DNA of 63,792 nt, filler included, from Lenisia limosa (GCA_001655205.1; 9 parts of 9 records of this genome joined end to end with filler, not necessarily neighbours in it); one strand, 5' to 3'; positions 26,249 through 40,700 are shown, counted from the first letter of the whole stretch. Program-made: numbers and translations. Notes: a model not told the origin generated them from the letters alone.

Positions 26249-29200
26249 CATCTTCGCGAAAGATACACCCGGGGCTTCTGGAATATGATCTTCAGAGAGT
26301 GGAACTCCATTGACAGTCACAGGTGAAGGGGAAGTCTTGGGGATTGTATAGCACATATAGGCTTATGTTATTAGTATCAAATGAAAATGGCTTTGAAATC
26401 ACATGCTTGGTATTTTTGGGGTATGGGAGTCATGGTGATTGAAGTGAATCAACTCCATTGACAGTCACTTGTTTGGAGTAAGCTAATAGGGTTATTTGGA
26501 TCGTTAATACAGGGCTTGGTGTTAATTGACAGTCGAATGTGGGGAGTGGGTGAGTGTTTGTATGGGGGGAGGGGNNNNNNNNNNNNNNNNNNNNNNNNNN
26601 NNNNNNNNNNNNNNNNNNNNNNNNNNNNNNNNNNNNNNNNNNNNNNNNNNNNNNNNNNNNNNNNNNNNNNNNNNNNNNNNNNNNNNNNNNNNNNNNNNNN
26701 NNNNNNNNNNNNNNNNNNNNNNNNNNNNNNNNNNNNNNNTTCATCCGAGCCAGCCTCAAAATGGTTGCCGACGAGGGCTTCAGCCTGCCCGCTATGGACG
26801 CTCATATGGACGTGGGGTGGTGTGGATTAATGTTTCAATTTCACAGCTATTGTGGTTTTACTATCAAATTAAAGTTGAAATGTCTCTTGTTAACCGCATT
26901 TCCAATAAGTTATCTAGTTTTCAACTGCATCAAGGGTTCAAATGGGCATCACTTCACCACCTCCGTTTAATATTCTCACATTTGTCCTCAGGAGCCAGAA
27001 CTAGTACTTTTCTATTTTCTCACACTTCAAGATTTCATTGCACCTTCAACACTAAATTTGACTTGATTATCAATTTCATTCCTCAACAAGCTTAATTGAC
27101 TTCATTATCAAATCCATTTCTCAACAAGCTAACCCAGCCAGATTCTTTGCGAGTTCCCCTTCAAACTCCACCTCGACACCCCAGTATCTATTATGTACCA
27201 TGTCATCCAGAACCACATGAAACTGCTCTACGAAGTCATGCCTTCTGTGGGGGGAGGGGACTTTTCAGTAATTATATGCATGCGGGTGATTGGTGGTAGT
27301 GGTGAGGTAGGTTATTGTGCCATATTGTGATGGTGATGTGGTGATGATGATGTGGTGATGATGTGGTGATGAAGATGTGGTGGTGATGAAGATGTGGTGG
27401 TGATGAAGATGTGGTGATGATGATGTGGTGGTGATAATGATTATGATGGAACTGTTCGGTTCTCTTTTGCATTTATCCTTGTTGGCAGGAAGGGTACACT
27501 CCTCACCACTACCACCAATCACCCACATACGCCGTTTTATTTTACATTTCATTTCCAACCTATTTGAGTAGAGTTTTACTTTTTTTATATATTTTCTAAA
27601 ACTGTCCGAAAAAGGACTGCAAAACATTGATGGATTTCGAGGATTTATTGAGAAATTCAGCCTTTTTTCTTGCCCGAGTGAAGCCTTAGTTGTGAGCTAA
27701 TTAGTTAACCAACTTATTAAGCCTTATAGTTAGACATAAAAAAATAGGGAAAACAGCAAAATGCTTAAGGAGACGCTAAATACAAAAATACCAAATTGGT
27801 GTTCTACACAGTAAAGAAATCACCATTTTTGTACAAATAGCATATTATTTCTATTTCTACAAATTTTAAATTATTCACATTATACTATGAGTTTACTAAC
27901 CCCTTCAGCCAGGCGACGAGCTGATGATGTTCTACCTTCAACCCATCATCGTTCTGATTCCCCAAGGTGGGTGGGCATTGTATTTTATGGTGATGGTGAT
28001 GACGATGATGGTGATGGCGATGTTGATAATGATGGTGATGTTGATAATGACGCTGATGTTGATAATGATTATGATGATGATAATGATGATAATGAAGGTG
28101 ATGATGATAGTGATGATGGTGATGATGATAATGATGTGGATAATGATGATAATGATGTGGATAATGATGATAATGATGTGGATGGTGATAATGATGATGT
28201 GAATGATGTGAATGGTGATAATGATGATGTGGATGGTGATAATGATGATGTGGATGATGTGGATGGTGATAATGATGATGTGGATGATGTGGATGGTGAT
28301 GGTGATGATGTGCATGGTAATCGTAATGATGGTGATGGTGATGATGTGGATGGTGATGGTGATGGAAGGGGGGGGGGGGTAGTACTGTTATCATTAGCCC
28401 CATCCCTACCACCCGCTTTTATGGTCACTGTTTTTTCGTTTGTAGTTACCTTGTCAATGTACTGTTATGCTTTTTTGGTCACCTTTTTTTTGCCTTTATA
28501 GTTACTTTTATGCCATTATGGTAACTGTTTTTACCTTTCTGGTNNNNNNNNNNNNNNNNNNNNNNNNNNNNNNNNNNNNNNNNNNNNNNNNNNNNNNNNN
28601 NNNNNNNNNNNNNNNNNNNNNNNNNNNNNNNNNNNNNNNNNNNNNNNNNNNNNNNNNNNNNNNNNNNNNNNNNNNNNNNNNNNNNNNNNNNNNNNNNNNN
28701 NNNNNNNNNNNNNNNNNNNNNCCCCTCGTCAGTACATTGCAATTGTGATCAGCCATTATATATTTATTAACCATTACAGCGCCGCTCAACTGATCTTTGA
28801 TCTTGCCTCTAGTCCGTAAGTGGTTCCGTATAAGTGGAATTATGTGGAGCTATTCCTTCATGTTTTGTTTTTATTCTCACTTTGGAATATCTCATTGTCA
28901 TTTATTGACCTTGCGTGGTGTTATGGTTTCTTTGTTTCCCCAGTATTCTGTGTTACCCTTACCATCAAAGTTTTTTTTGTTCCACCCCCTGACTGGCAGA
29001 CTTTGTTTGTTTTGCAGTTTTCAACATGTGAGCGTTGTTAACAACAGGGTTTATTTTGGGTTTTGTTATATTTCATCCCCCCCCCCCCCCNNNNNNNNNN
29101 NNNNNNNNNNNNNNNNNNNNNNNNNNNNNNNNNNNNNNNNNNNNNNNNNNNNNNNNNNNNNNNNNNNNNNNNNNNNNNNNNNNNGCTCACATGAAGGAAA

Positions 29201-29700
29201 ACACTGATACCTATTTCAAGGATTCTGTGGGGAGAGGGGCATCTGAAATACCTCGTATTTTATTATAAACAACTACCAAGACTTACCACTCTATGCAACA
29301 ATAGTATGTGATATACTATATAGGATATGTCTTGACCGATTTGCTCTATGATTTCCCAAGGAAAATCGGTCAAGACTCATCTATCCCTGTCACTCTATGT
29401 ACACAGCGATAATTTCTGGTAGTTCACATTTAATAGCAGGATGGTTGTTTCTAAATAGAAATATGATTCATATCGGTAAAGACTTAACGCTGTCGCTGTA
29501 CCGTAAATCTACTAGAGTACATCCACTTCTCGATATGTCCTTACCCGGATCTCTAGTCAATCGTGTCACGGTAAATATTTTCAATGGTATAATAAATGCC
29601 CATTACTGACATCTTAGTCCAAGGGATGGGACAGCATTTTGTTCAACGACATGATGGGAGAAGAGGAGGTTTGGGGGTTATACTTGTAGAGGGGTTATAA
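26249..29700 (+). CDS. Unidentified multi-exon protein with hydrophobic segments; weak resemblance to SLC35B/UAA nucleotide-sugar transporters
   Basis: Exons AMDAHMD|NHMKLLYEVMPS|PGDELMMFYLQPIIVLIPQ and YIAIVISHYIFINHYSAAQLIFDLASSP. The resemblance is by eye only. Confidence 0.3.
27290..27445. repeat. Intronic (GGT/GAT)-rich simple repeat
   Basis: GTGGTGATGAAGAT-like units after donor gtgggggg at ~27247. Confidence 0.85.
27985..28380. repeat. Intronic (GAT/GGT/AAT) compound simple repeat
   Basis: GATGATGTGGATGGTGATAAT-like units after donor gtgggtggg at ~27967. Confidence 0.85.
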
Positions 29701-30756
29701 TTATGAGGGGAGATACAACTTTATTTCTCATTGCTATNNNNNNNNNNNNNNNNNNNNNNNNNNNNNNNNNNNNNNNNNNNNTTAATTAATTAANNNNNNN
29801 NNNNNNNNNNNNNNNNNNNNNNNNNNNNNNNNNNNNNGTGAAGCGTAATTGCAAGCTCCCGACAACCCAAGGGGAGCTTATTTCAACCGAAACCTGTGTG
29901 GACTGGTGGAGTTAAGAAATTGAAGGCAAGTCGGCTCAAGAAGCTTGCACGATGACGCTGACGGTGTAGCTTGTATTTCAGTTTGTGTGTTAGTATGTGA
30001 TTTTGCTTATTATAAAGTACGATAAATAGATTTCTTTTCCAAACTTCTTTTGTTGTTCTATTTTTTGTTATGAAAAGGGAAGTGATGGCATACAACAATG
30101 AAAGAAATCACTAAAAAAAATAAAAAATAAAACGGAGTTTAGGAGCGTGAGCATATTAAACTATATCATAGTAGTGATATGATATCATATGAATGTGTAT
30201 GATTTAAGTTTGAAACTGTTTTTTCAAGCCTTAGTCCCATCACTCCCGTTCTCCTCACAGAAAAATATTGCCAAAATCAATTAAAAAATTGTCTATGTGA
30301 TGTTCTTAAAATGACACTTCGTGATAATTCTTGAGGGTAGTTCCATTATAAAACAGCGTCAGGTAGAAACAAAATGAAAGTGTCAATTTTCCGACTCTGG
30401 GGGGTTTTTTCCCATTTTAGAGGTTTTTGTGTTAAGCTCTTTTTTTTTGAACCTTTTTCGGTNNNNNNNNNNNNNNNNNNNNNNNNNNNNNNNNNNNNNN
30501 NNNNNNNNNNNNNNNNNNNNNNNNNNNNNNNNNNNNNNNNNNNNNNNNNNNNNGGTTAGTCACATTCCAGGCCATTTTCATCAATTTTTAGAATTTTCGT
30601 GTCTGGACTGTTTATATGACTGAACCACCTTAAATAGGCAGATCTATGGGGAAATCTCGAGATCAAGACTTCAGACAAATAATTGATGTCAAGTTGGTAG
30701 GTCAATAATCGATGAGTGCTTGGAACTAGCCTGTTATTAATAATTATTAATATACA

Positions 30757-30890
30757 GTCGACTACCTTCTTTGGGAGAGGCTGTTTAAGGAAGAAGATCT
30801 TTTAGAACTTCATAACCCCCTGACGTTGTCACGTCAAGGAAAACCGATGACCGTGAGCATGGGCGCAATCTTCAGTCTTTATGGTGTCGT
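30757..30890 (+). CDS. Isolated probable exon of an unidentified gene
   Basis: AG-preceded open frame VDYLLWERLFKEEDLLELHNPL; the rest of this contig could not be parsed. Confidence 0.25.
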
Positions 30891-32396
30891 TGATATTTGA
30901 TTTTCTTTTGAAGTACCTTCTCACTCTTTCTTAACCCGCGGCTATTTTTGGGGATGTGGTCCTATTTTGAACCTGTGAGAAACACGGCCTGATACTCTCT
31001 AAGCCACTTAAAGCGGGTGTCCAATTAATTTTTGTAACCTAGTTTATATGATTTTGGGCCTGGGGTGGACAGTTTTAGGCAACAATTTTCTTCTTTTTTT
31101 TTCTTTCTAAATCACTGCTAAGCTTGGGTAGAAGAAGGAAATAGTGATATTTAAGGGTAGGAATAGATGGGGAGAATATAAAGTGAATCCGTTTTTGAGA
31201 TCTCAGTGAAATCTGGATCAAAGTGTCCTGACGTGGTGACAAGCCTCTTGATTAATTCTAAGACAATCTAGAAACAGAAAGCTAAAGTTGCACTAAATCT
31301 GGAGCTTTGATCATCCTAAGGATCACCAAGTTTTTTTCTCCTGAAGTCTATCGCCTGGGCTCTTTGATCTTAAAATGCTTATCAGGGATAAATATATGAA
31401 ACTTGGATTACGAGCACAACAGTTAGATTGGTCCTCTCTCTCTTCTCTTTGCTTCTCTTCTAATGTTTAACAATAGCTTTAATTACATGTTACATTACTT
31501 AGATGGGGTTTGAGGAGAATTTCCCATTAATTGGACTCCCGCTTTAAAACAAGACTTAGAGAAGTTTTAATCCTTACAGGCCCCTAACAATCTTCCTTTA
31601 AACCATTTTGTAGAATAGCACACGTACTTCTTGCAACCTTACTCATACCATTGAATATTTGAAATTCCATTCTATATCTCGAAGGTACAAGTGTAAGTAC
31701 AATTATACATATTTATTTCATCATGTCTTTTTTTTTTGCTTATTTCACGGAAACCTAATTTGGGTAGACGTTGACTCACCATGATGAGCTTCTGGTTCCG
31801 ATTATACAGGAAAGAAATATTTTGAGACACTCTGTTTGTTTTTTCCTATAATCACCAGCTTGAACAATTCTCTGAAGTGAGCATCCTTCCGGATAAGCGC
31901 AGCATTCATGGTATTTCTGGAACAAGCATTCAGAGCTCTTCAATGTATGCGTACACAATTGAGTATTACCTTTAACTGGTCACAATCTCTGAGTCATAAT
32001 TTTAAGAGCAATGGGAAATTTGAATGCCAGAAACAGGCTTCATTTTGACAACTCCATTGAGCAAACTGGTCAAAAGATGATCAATTGAAAGATGCAGACT
32101 GATATTACTTTCTTTTTTTTCTCTTGAGTGAACACCCACATTCTTTACGATGAAATATTTTGTGAAATCTNNNNNNNNNNNNNNNNNNNNNNNNNNNNNN
32201 NNNNNNNNNNNNNNTTAATTAATTAANNNNNNNNNNNNNNNNNNNNNNNNNNNNNNNNNNNNNNNNNNNNCGAATATTGGAGGAAGAGCCTCGAAGAAGA
32301 AATCTCAGCTTAAGTGGCCCTCTCTTTTGCCCTGTTGTTGTCTTATTTTCTTATTTTGGATAGTTCCATGGAATAAAGCGCAAGTCCCGTACAAGG

Positions 32397-34473
32397 ATGG
32401 AGGGATGGCAAAGCTCTTCTGATGACGAGGCGACCGACTTCACCCATGGCAGGCATCTCTACACCTCAACCGGGTCTCTCATTAAGCGGCCTGATCCTGT
32501 TCCATCAACCCTGACTCTGGACCCGCCGAATGCCATTACCACCCCGAATGTTGAAGCAAGTAGCCCCCAGGAGGCCTCATCATTGACGCTGAGTCGTCTT
32601 AAGGCCCTGGCTGCGCCTCGGCCAGTGCCAGCTCCCGAATACTCTGACATGTTCCCTGCCGCGTTGGTTGACCCGATGGACGTCTATCTGCCAAAAAATC
32701 CACTTTCATTATCTCCGCGAGCTGTTCCCAAAACCTCGCCTCCCTCTCAGAAGCATGTGTAGGCCTTCTTTGCCCTCTCACCTCGTAGCACTCTTAAGTT
32801 AGACACCATTACGTACCATCAACCAGCAAAACTGGCAACAAATAATGATTCCCTCTCCCGAATGGTATGTGGGCGGCTGGTGTACTTTTCAATATTGAAA
32901 TTGTGTTGGGCGCACGGGACCTTTGTAAACTGCAAGTAATCCCTTTCAGAGTAACACTTCAAAGTCGCCCCTCTCACAACGTAGTAAAGGTGGGACTAGG
33001 CAATGTTCTACATTCTGCAATATGGCACTATTCTATCGGTTTGACTGTTTAAGTCTCCTTTCAAGAGCCAGAGTATGCACCTCCCTCACACCAACTCTCC
33101 GAGATCTCCCCACGCCCTCCTCCCAAATCTTCAGGTTTGTAATCAAGACGGCAGTTAATTAGTTTATCTTTTTTTGACAAGGAATAAACTTCAAAATAAA
33201 GGAGGAAATAACGAATTTACAGGGCATTTGTCAGCGATCGGAGCTCTGACTCTTCGAAACGCTTCAGAGCTTCGGAACAGAAAAGTGAGTCAAGGGGGCA
33301 GACAACACATAATCATACGTCTACTCACCATATGCAGACTAAGCAGAGTGAGGAACGGCCTGTTCTTGCTGCACTGAAGTCAATGAGAACATTCAAGGCC
33401 AAAATGCATACTGGTCAGTCTGATGACCGCAAGGGCTTTTATAGGTAGGAGGGACTCTGTTGGTGGTTGAGACCGTCAGTTCACTTTCCGATCACTTTAG
33501 AACCAACCCCTTGCTGATTCTCTCATTTGTTTTGCAGTTCAAGAGCAGACACCCAGAATCGTCCTAAGTTTACTCATATTGAGAAATCAATAGGATCGCT
33601 GGCTTTACTGGTGGGTCGTGTAGACTGAACGCCTTGTTGAAAAGGACAATCCTCTTGCTTAAGAAACACTCTCATGTTTAAAACGTAAACTTATTGGCTT
33701 TCGCAGTTGTTAACAATTTTAGCCCCAGAACCCACCAGGAAAAGAGGCTGTGAGTCCGATTGAAATGTTGAATATGTATCAACCTAAAAGTTATAAAATG
33801 GTTGGTGAAGGCCTTTTGAGGAAGTTTGTATACGAGGGACTTATGTGCAGAATACCCATGTTGGAAGTGTACCAAGGAGAAAGCGAACAAAAATGGATGA
33901 AGAAGCTGAACGAATAGCTGCTTACTACGTCAAAATGGAGGTAAGTCTTGAGTATATAGGCTGGTTTGTTTTGTGTTTTCTTGATTCAATTTTTTTTTTT
34001 TATTGAGTTACTCATGATGTAGGCCGAGCTCAAAAGGGACTCGCTTAACTTTTCGGTTTGATTGGAGAAACTAGGCATGGTGAACTTTATATCTCTCTTG
34101 AAAAACAATGTTGAAGTGATCATTCATTCCGGTCACCATTTAGTCCAAAAGTGGGACACCGAAAATGCCACCGTTGCCGAACCTCCAGTCCACGCCGACA
34201 CCCCCACAGACAACCTTTATGACGTGGGACATGTTCTTATCTTGCTGAGCCATTGTTTCGCAGTCTCTTGCTGATTCTCAAGCATCATCCAAACTCATAT
34301 CCGCAGACGACCATCTCGAGTGTCCAGCACGCTTGCCACTCTCCAAAGGGAACAAAAGGCAAGGAAACCTTCTAAGGTGAACAGATCTTTCATTTTCGCA
34401 TTTATCCCTTCAGACCGATCAACGTGTCAAACTTTTAGCCCAGTCTGCAAGGACTTATTATGATGAGACTTAA
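32397..34473 (+). CDS. Unidentified spliced Pro/Ser-rich protein
   Basis: ATG 32397 ORF plus GT-AG exon chain (KMDEEAERIAAYYVKME|SKSGTPKMPPLP...|TDQRVKLLAQSARTYYDET*). Confidence 0.55.
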
Positions 34474-34719
34474 TAATTCAAGCTTTTCTGATTTTATTAT
34501 TTATTGTCTCCTTTGAATTCCAACTCAATTACATCAACCTAAAATACCAAGGACAATAGAACAATAATAGATTAGACATAGAAACAAAGCACTAAAATCA
34601 TATCATATGATATGATATGCTAAAAAAAAAAAATACAACACAAAAATCAATCACGAATAGCTTTCCATGCAGGCTTTTGCCACTAAAAAGATGAAAAAAA
34701 GAATAGAAGAAATACCTGA

Positions 34720-37700
34720 AACGAACGTCTATTTGGAATAAACTCCGAAGGCGGTGGAGGAACGGGGGTCAAACTTTCAGAAGGACGACTAAATAATAAG
34801 AAATACGCATCTTAGTTGGAACCTTGGTTTAGTGGGCTGAAGAAGGTCACCATCAGGCACCTGAATTGGCTCGGAGGCTTCAGGAAGTTTACCAGACTAG
34901 ACTGTAATGGGAACTTTAAGCCTTTCAAACCTTGAATAGATCGGCAAAGAATGACTGCGTTTCTAAGCTCGGTTCAAAATTCTCATCCTAAACAGTAAGA
35001 GCAAGTACTTCATACTTCAGTTGGTGCTTCAGGAGATACGGCACTCCATGTACTGGCAGACACGGCGGGTTTCAAGAAAATATCCAAAGGCACTTGTGCT
35101 GAAATGTTAACGACAAAGGACGGCTCACATCGCTTTTCACTATCCAAGGGCTCGGCCGACATTGCTAAGTCATCCGTTATTCGGTCGTCTTCACGTGACA
35201 TTTCTTCACGACTTGCCTTATAGAGTAAATAATCGGCAACAACAATCCAGACCATTGATGGTGCTTTTGGAGGCTGGCAAGGAGGCCTGACATTGTGACA
35301 TTCAGCCAGTTGAGTGGGGCGGTCTCCGATCACCTACAGAGAATTGATTCACGTTATCTGTAAAGAACATAGCAATGAGAAATAAAATAAGGTTGGATCT
35401 GCAAAGCCGTCCACACAATCACGCTTACAAGAGATATTAAATTGTAGTATAATCATAATCACATAGTACAGTAGCAATATAGCAACTAACATATAATCAA
35501 AATATTTTGAACGCGATGGCTTATCTAGTGCTTTACTTCGGTTCATAAATCATTGTAAACTATCGATGTTTTAACGGTCTTTTTCAAACCGAAGTGAAGC
35601 CCTATGTAATCTCTGTCAAGTTGTTTACTTTCGATTGATAGTGTCCTTGACTGCATACATACCTGCCATTCACCGACTCGCTGAGCAACACCACTCGAAG
35701 ACAGCGTGGCCAGAGGGTGGCCTAAGGAGTGAGACGAGTTTCAGAAGGCACCACCCACCATCATGAGTCCACACAGAGCACTGCCCATCCTGGCCTGAAG
35801 TCACAAAGATTGACCTTGCTGCCACTGCGCTGCGAATGTGAAGCCATGGATTGCAGCATTGTAGGCCATTCCAGGCAACTAACTTGGTGCAAGGTGACGT
35901 GTGTGCAAGCCACTCAGAAACAGGCTTCTCGGGAAGACGGCCTCCATGGGGGGACAAGTCATGGATATCAAAGATCTGAGAGGTGAGGCAACAGAGACAA
36001 ATGTGTGAAGTTTTTATTGTTTCCCATCAAATGCACCATTGCGGCTCCGGACGCTGACGTGACAAGAAGAAACGATGCTGCCATATCACAGGCCAGGCCG
36101 GACACACTGCACCCAGTGTCAATTATCGGAAGAATGCGGTCCCGTTCACTAGGCTGCGGCACAATGAAATGAACCGAGCCGTCTTTGGTGCCGACGGCTA
36201 ATAACCGTCGCTTACCAAGGCTGATTATCTAATCAATTAGTGGCTGGGAGGAACAAGGACTGACATACCACAGTTGGAAGAGTTTTACCCCCCTGTGGTG
36301 TTGGAGGAAGTTTAACGACTTCAGTATCTGCATCTGAAACGTCAGCTGGTGGATGGACATTCAAAAGGTACCTCGTTGATGGCAAATGTTCCAGAGACGG
36401 ACAGTGCTATCATTGGCACAAGTGGCGATGCGCGAACCACAGTTGCAAATATCGGTGATTTCACCAGTGTGGCTAAAGTGTTACAACACACAGGAAGCCA
36501 ACCCAGAGAACGAACGAGGGAAGGCATGCGATTGTTCAGGGTACAAAGCAAGTCGTCTGTCAGCTCCTCTACAAAGTTAGACCCCTGTAAAACCAAATCC
36601 ATACAACTGTGTAAGACCAAATCCATACAGCTGCTAATTTATAAAACAACATTAAATAATAGAGCTCTCCAAATGAAATGAGACCAACACAAGTACATCA
36701 AAGCTCAAATGTCCCTTCTCACGCCACAGCTATGGGTCTTGAGCCTGAGGAGAAAATGACGGATGTGGCTGCCATTGGCCGGCTTTGTAGAGACCGGATC
36801 AGGACACCATGTTGGAAGTCCCACAACTACTTGTTATTAATGTCTTATTACTTTAATACACGAGATAGTACTACTCCATCAAAGCCCCGAATACTTGCCA
36901 GCAAAGACTCACCTTTACAGAGCCGTCCTGAGCCACTGTCATGAGTCGCCTTCCGCGTTTGTCAATTGCTGCTGACTTCACGGTCGCCTGGTATAACGGT
37001 ATTAACCTTATTTACTTGAATTGGGAAGTGGGCCAAAATGCTTATACGAAATTATATTTCCAACCAATCAAAGGATGCATCCTTGATTTTTACACCCCTC
37101 CATTCTTACTTGATGACCAGTATGGAAGGACTTGACAACTTTTCCGCTTATTAGTGACCAAATCCTAGCCAAATTGTCGGCGTTGATAGTCAAAACTAAG
37201 CAGTCAGAAAGCTAGATTAAGGAAGACGTTCCTACTGGACGTCGCATCCGGCGAAACAGCTAAAGCTGTAATGGATGACATGAGGTTGGCATCACCATCA
37301 AGTTGTCCCTCCACAAGACGCCTGAATCATGAGTAGGCTTGGCAGTATCAAACCATTTTCTTATCTTGGCACCCGCCACAAAGAGAGTTGCAGACTCGCT
37401 ATCGAAGGCAGCAGCTGAGAGGCTGTCCTGGGGGTCTGAAGCGTCACATAATACATATCAAGACTTATTCCGGTCACTGTATATGTACGATATGATATTG
37501 TACTTACACTATGTATTATGTATATAAATTCCTTGGGAAATCACATTGTAAATCGGTCAAGACTTGTCTCGCTCACTGTATCGTGCATATCCCCGTCCAC
37601 AAAAGCCGGTGCTCCCCGGATAAACCGGTGCTTTTTGGGTTTTATGAGTAAAAATATAGANNNNNNNNNNNNNNNNNNNNNNNNNNNNNNNNNNNNNNNN

Positions 37701-40700
37701 NNNNNNNNNNNNNNNNNNNNNNNNNNNNNNNNNNNNNNNNNNNNNNNNNNNNNNNNNNNNNNNNNNNNNNNNNNNNNNNNNNNNNNNNNNNNNNNNNNNN
37801 NNNNNNNNNNNNNNNNNNNNNNNNNTATCATATGTATCTCCAACCTAGTGATGCCGGGTCCCGAACAGAGGTCACCCATTTCGAGGTCTTCAGGTCCGCT
37901 GCATGGAGAGATCTGGAGAATAAGTCGTTTTCAAAATGGATTTGAAATGAAAGCAAGATGAAGATTGATCACTTACCGGTCATGCGCGGCCCACATGACG
38001 AGACTTGCTTTGTCTGAGAAGCACACCTAAAGCACTGTGAAGGATCTGAAATGGCAAATACAGGCATTTGGGAATATGTAAAAATAGCTACATAATACTG
38101 AAAATATGATAAAATACATCGCATAAAAACAGTGACTGGGAAAAGTTTTGAGCGACTTCTATGTGATTTCCCAAGGAAAATAGGTAGTATACTATAATAT
38201 AATATGATAGACATGATATACTACAATATCGTTACTGATATTTGTTCAAAAAAAGGGGGCTGAATACCAAACCTCGACAATTGGCGACCTGTTAATTGCA
38301 TCAATTTCGGACACCGGATTTGGTAAGTATGGGTTCCATAGGAACACCCTTCGGTCCAGACCGCCGCTAACGATCAGACGCTGCTTTTCCGAATAGGCCA
38401 AACACGTGACCCCCTAAAATAGTGAAATTATCTGGCTTGCACCTCCCCAAATAGATGATCCAGAACCCACCTTAGTGTGTGCGTGGAGAACCACCCCCGG
38501 ACGGAGATCTTCACCAGAGAGCACTTGTATTTTGCTACAAAAGTTACGAGACGTTAACAGCTACCAATCCATTGACGACGATACGAGGCCGACAGTCGGC
38601 AAGAAGAGAAGCTGTGTCACTGTTTGTGTGTGGATTTGAATCTAAGTACAATGAGAGCAAATCCCTCAGAAACGTTACCTTTTTCACCAGCGAAAACGTC
38701 TGGCAGTTTATCAGGGCAACAGTACCATCAACAGTCCCTACCGCATAACTGAAGCAGTAAAAAGAAAACGATTTAGCTGCAAAAGTGTGGATAACATCGC
38801 TTTTATTCGAGATATGAAACAACAAAAATGGTGTCAATGCCTCAATTCCTCATTATTACGTACTAAGGGGGGAGAAAATGACACCCACAAATAAGAACAA
38901 TCATATCCAAAAAAAAATGGTTACTCATGAAATGGTCAGCTGACCATATTCTATCATAATTCTACCAGATTCTATCAGGATTCTATGAAGAATTAAAGTG
39001 CCTATTTCAAGTTCAGTTCACTTGTATTTAAGTGAAACCCCCTTTTTACAGAAAATCTCTAAACCCATTGTCACAGCATCACAGAGAAGGAAGTTAGAAT
39101 ACTTGTGTGCAATACCAAGAAGAATAAAAGTCCTCGTATTCATAAACATCAACTTCAGGCCAAGACAGAACTAACCAATCTGGAGCATCAGTAGACGAAG
39201 GGACAATAGTGACAGCAGTGGCGGGACTCTGCAGCACGGCAACTCCAGCTTCGGCCTTATCGCGCCGCAAGTCATAGGCAACGACACTGCGATCTGGCGG
39301 GTTAACTTCAGACTTGACGACAGGATACTCACCAAGAGATGCGAGGACAATACGGTGCATTGAAGCATGGTAGGCAATGTCACTGACCACCACTTTTAAT
39401 CCAACTTTGGTTGGGAGCTACATATGAGAAACGAAACAGAACATCTCAATATTTTGTACAAGTTTGCCTGTTATCGTCACCTCCTTCCCCCCCCCCCCCN
39501 NNNNNNNNNNNNNNNNNNNNNNNNNNNNNNNNNNNNNNNNNNNNNNNNNNNNNNNNNNNNNNNNNNNNNNNNNNAAGGCAGCGACGATCGAAGCCTAAAC
39601 CGGAATAACAACTGAGTCATAATTAGGGCTTCACTTCGGTTCAAAAAGAGATTGATTTTTCGATAAATCCCCGAAAACTATCGATATTTTACCGGTATTT
39701 TCAACCGAAGTGAAGCCCTAGTCATAATATTAAAGCACCATTATTTGAAAATACCAAGTAAATGGTAAACTAGATCATAGATATGAACTATTTATTTTAT
39801 ATGTATAATTCTCATTTTCAACAAAATATAACTTTTTTTTCTCGAAATGATATGAACACTGGTACCCCAGACCAATATGGTCCACTCCCTTGATCCTCAT
39901 AAGGATATCTTTCAAGTGCCCAGAATGGACCGGAACAGAGTGTAAAGCAGAAGGAGCGCATCATTGAACCCACTTACATGTGGTGATATCCCAAAACTTG
40001 AACCCACTTGCATGTGGTGATATCCCAAAACTTGAACCCATTTGCATGTGGTGATATCCCAAAACTTGAACCCACTTGCATGTAGTGATATCCCAAAACT
40101 TCAGAGTAGAGTCCCGGCCTGCTGAAACAAGAGTATTGGTGTCTCCAAGAACAAATAGCCTGAAGGGTCAACAATAAAGGGTCAATAAAGGGTCAACATT
40201 AAAGCACAATAAAGGGTCAATACTCACTTTGTGACTCCATTTTTGTGACCAAATTGGCTTTCAATTTTCGAATTAATTGCAGTTGACCTGATGCACTAGT
40301 TAGCAAAAACAACAAATGATTGGCAAGTTCTCGAAGTAGCTATTTTCCCAGTCTTTTGTTTTGAAAAGGAGCAAGGAAGAAGAGTTTCACAAACCTAAGA
40401 TGAACTTGGCGTGACTCTGACGAAGCCAAATGCGATGCCATGCTGCGAGGTCACCCAATAATTTAGCATAGGTCAATCCAGACACCCAATTGCGTCCCTC
40501 ACTTCAGCATACCTTGGTGGGGGTGCGGGCAGAGAGCCCCAGTCATCCCGTGGCTTTCCAGACGCGTCCAGGGCCGTGTTGGTGTTGATGTCGGCAGTGG
40601 TTAGGGCTGACCGGACAAGAAGGGCTTCCTGGTGCTTCTCTTCCATGGTGGCACTCGTCGAGCTATGAACAACTGTTTCTTGAAGCACGTGACTCAGAAA

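Noticed and set aside
27885-28501. His-rich (minus) and Asp/Asn-rich (plus) ORFs of 175-204 aa suggesting metal-binding or biomineral proteins
   Set aside because: All frames are open only because of a stop-poor GAT/GGT simple repeat. It starts just after a GT donor closing a normal exon (PGDELMMFYLQPIIVLIPQ), so it is most simply intronic. The same applies at 27265-27627.
34100-34445. Minus-strand frame giving WD40-like LKVW and DGRLRIW if TGA = Trp
   Set aside because: The same bases parse completely as standard-code plus-strand exons of the 32397-34473 gene.
39964-40099. CRISPR-like 34-bp repeats
   Set aside because: Units are contiguous with no unique spacers, no cas genes are present, and the context is a eukaryotic exon/intron junction.
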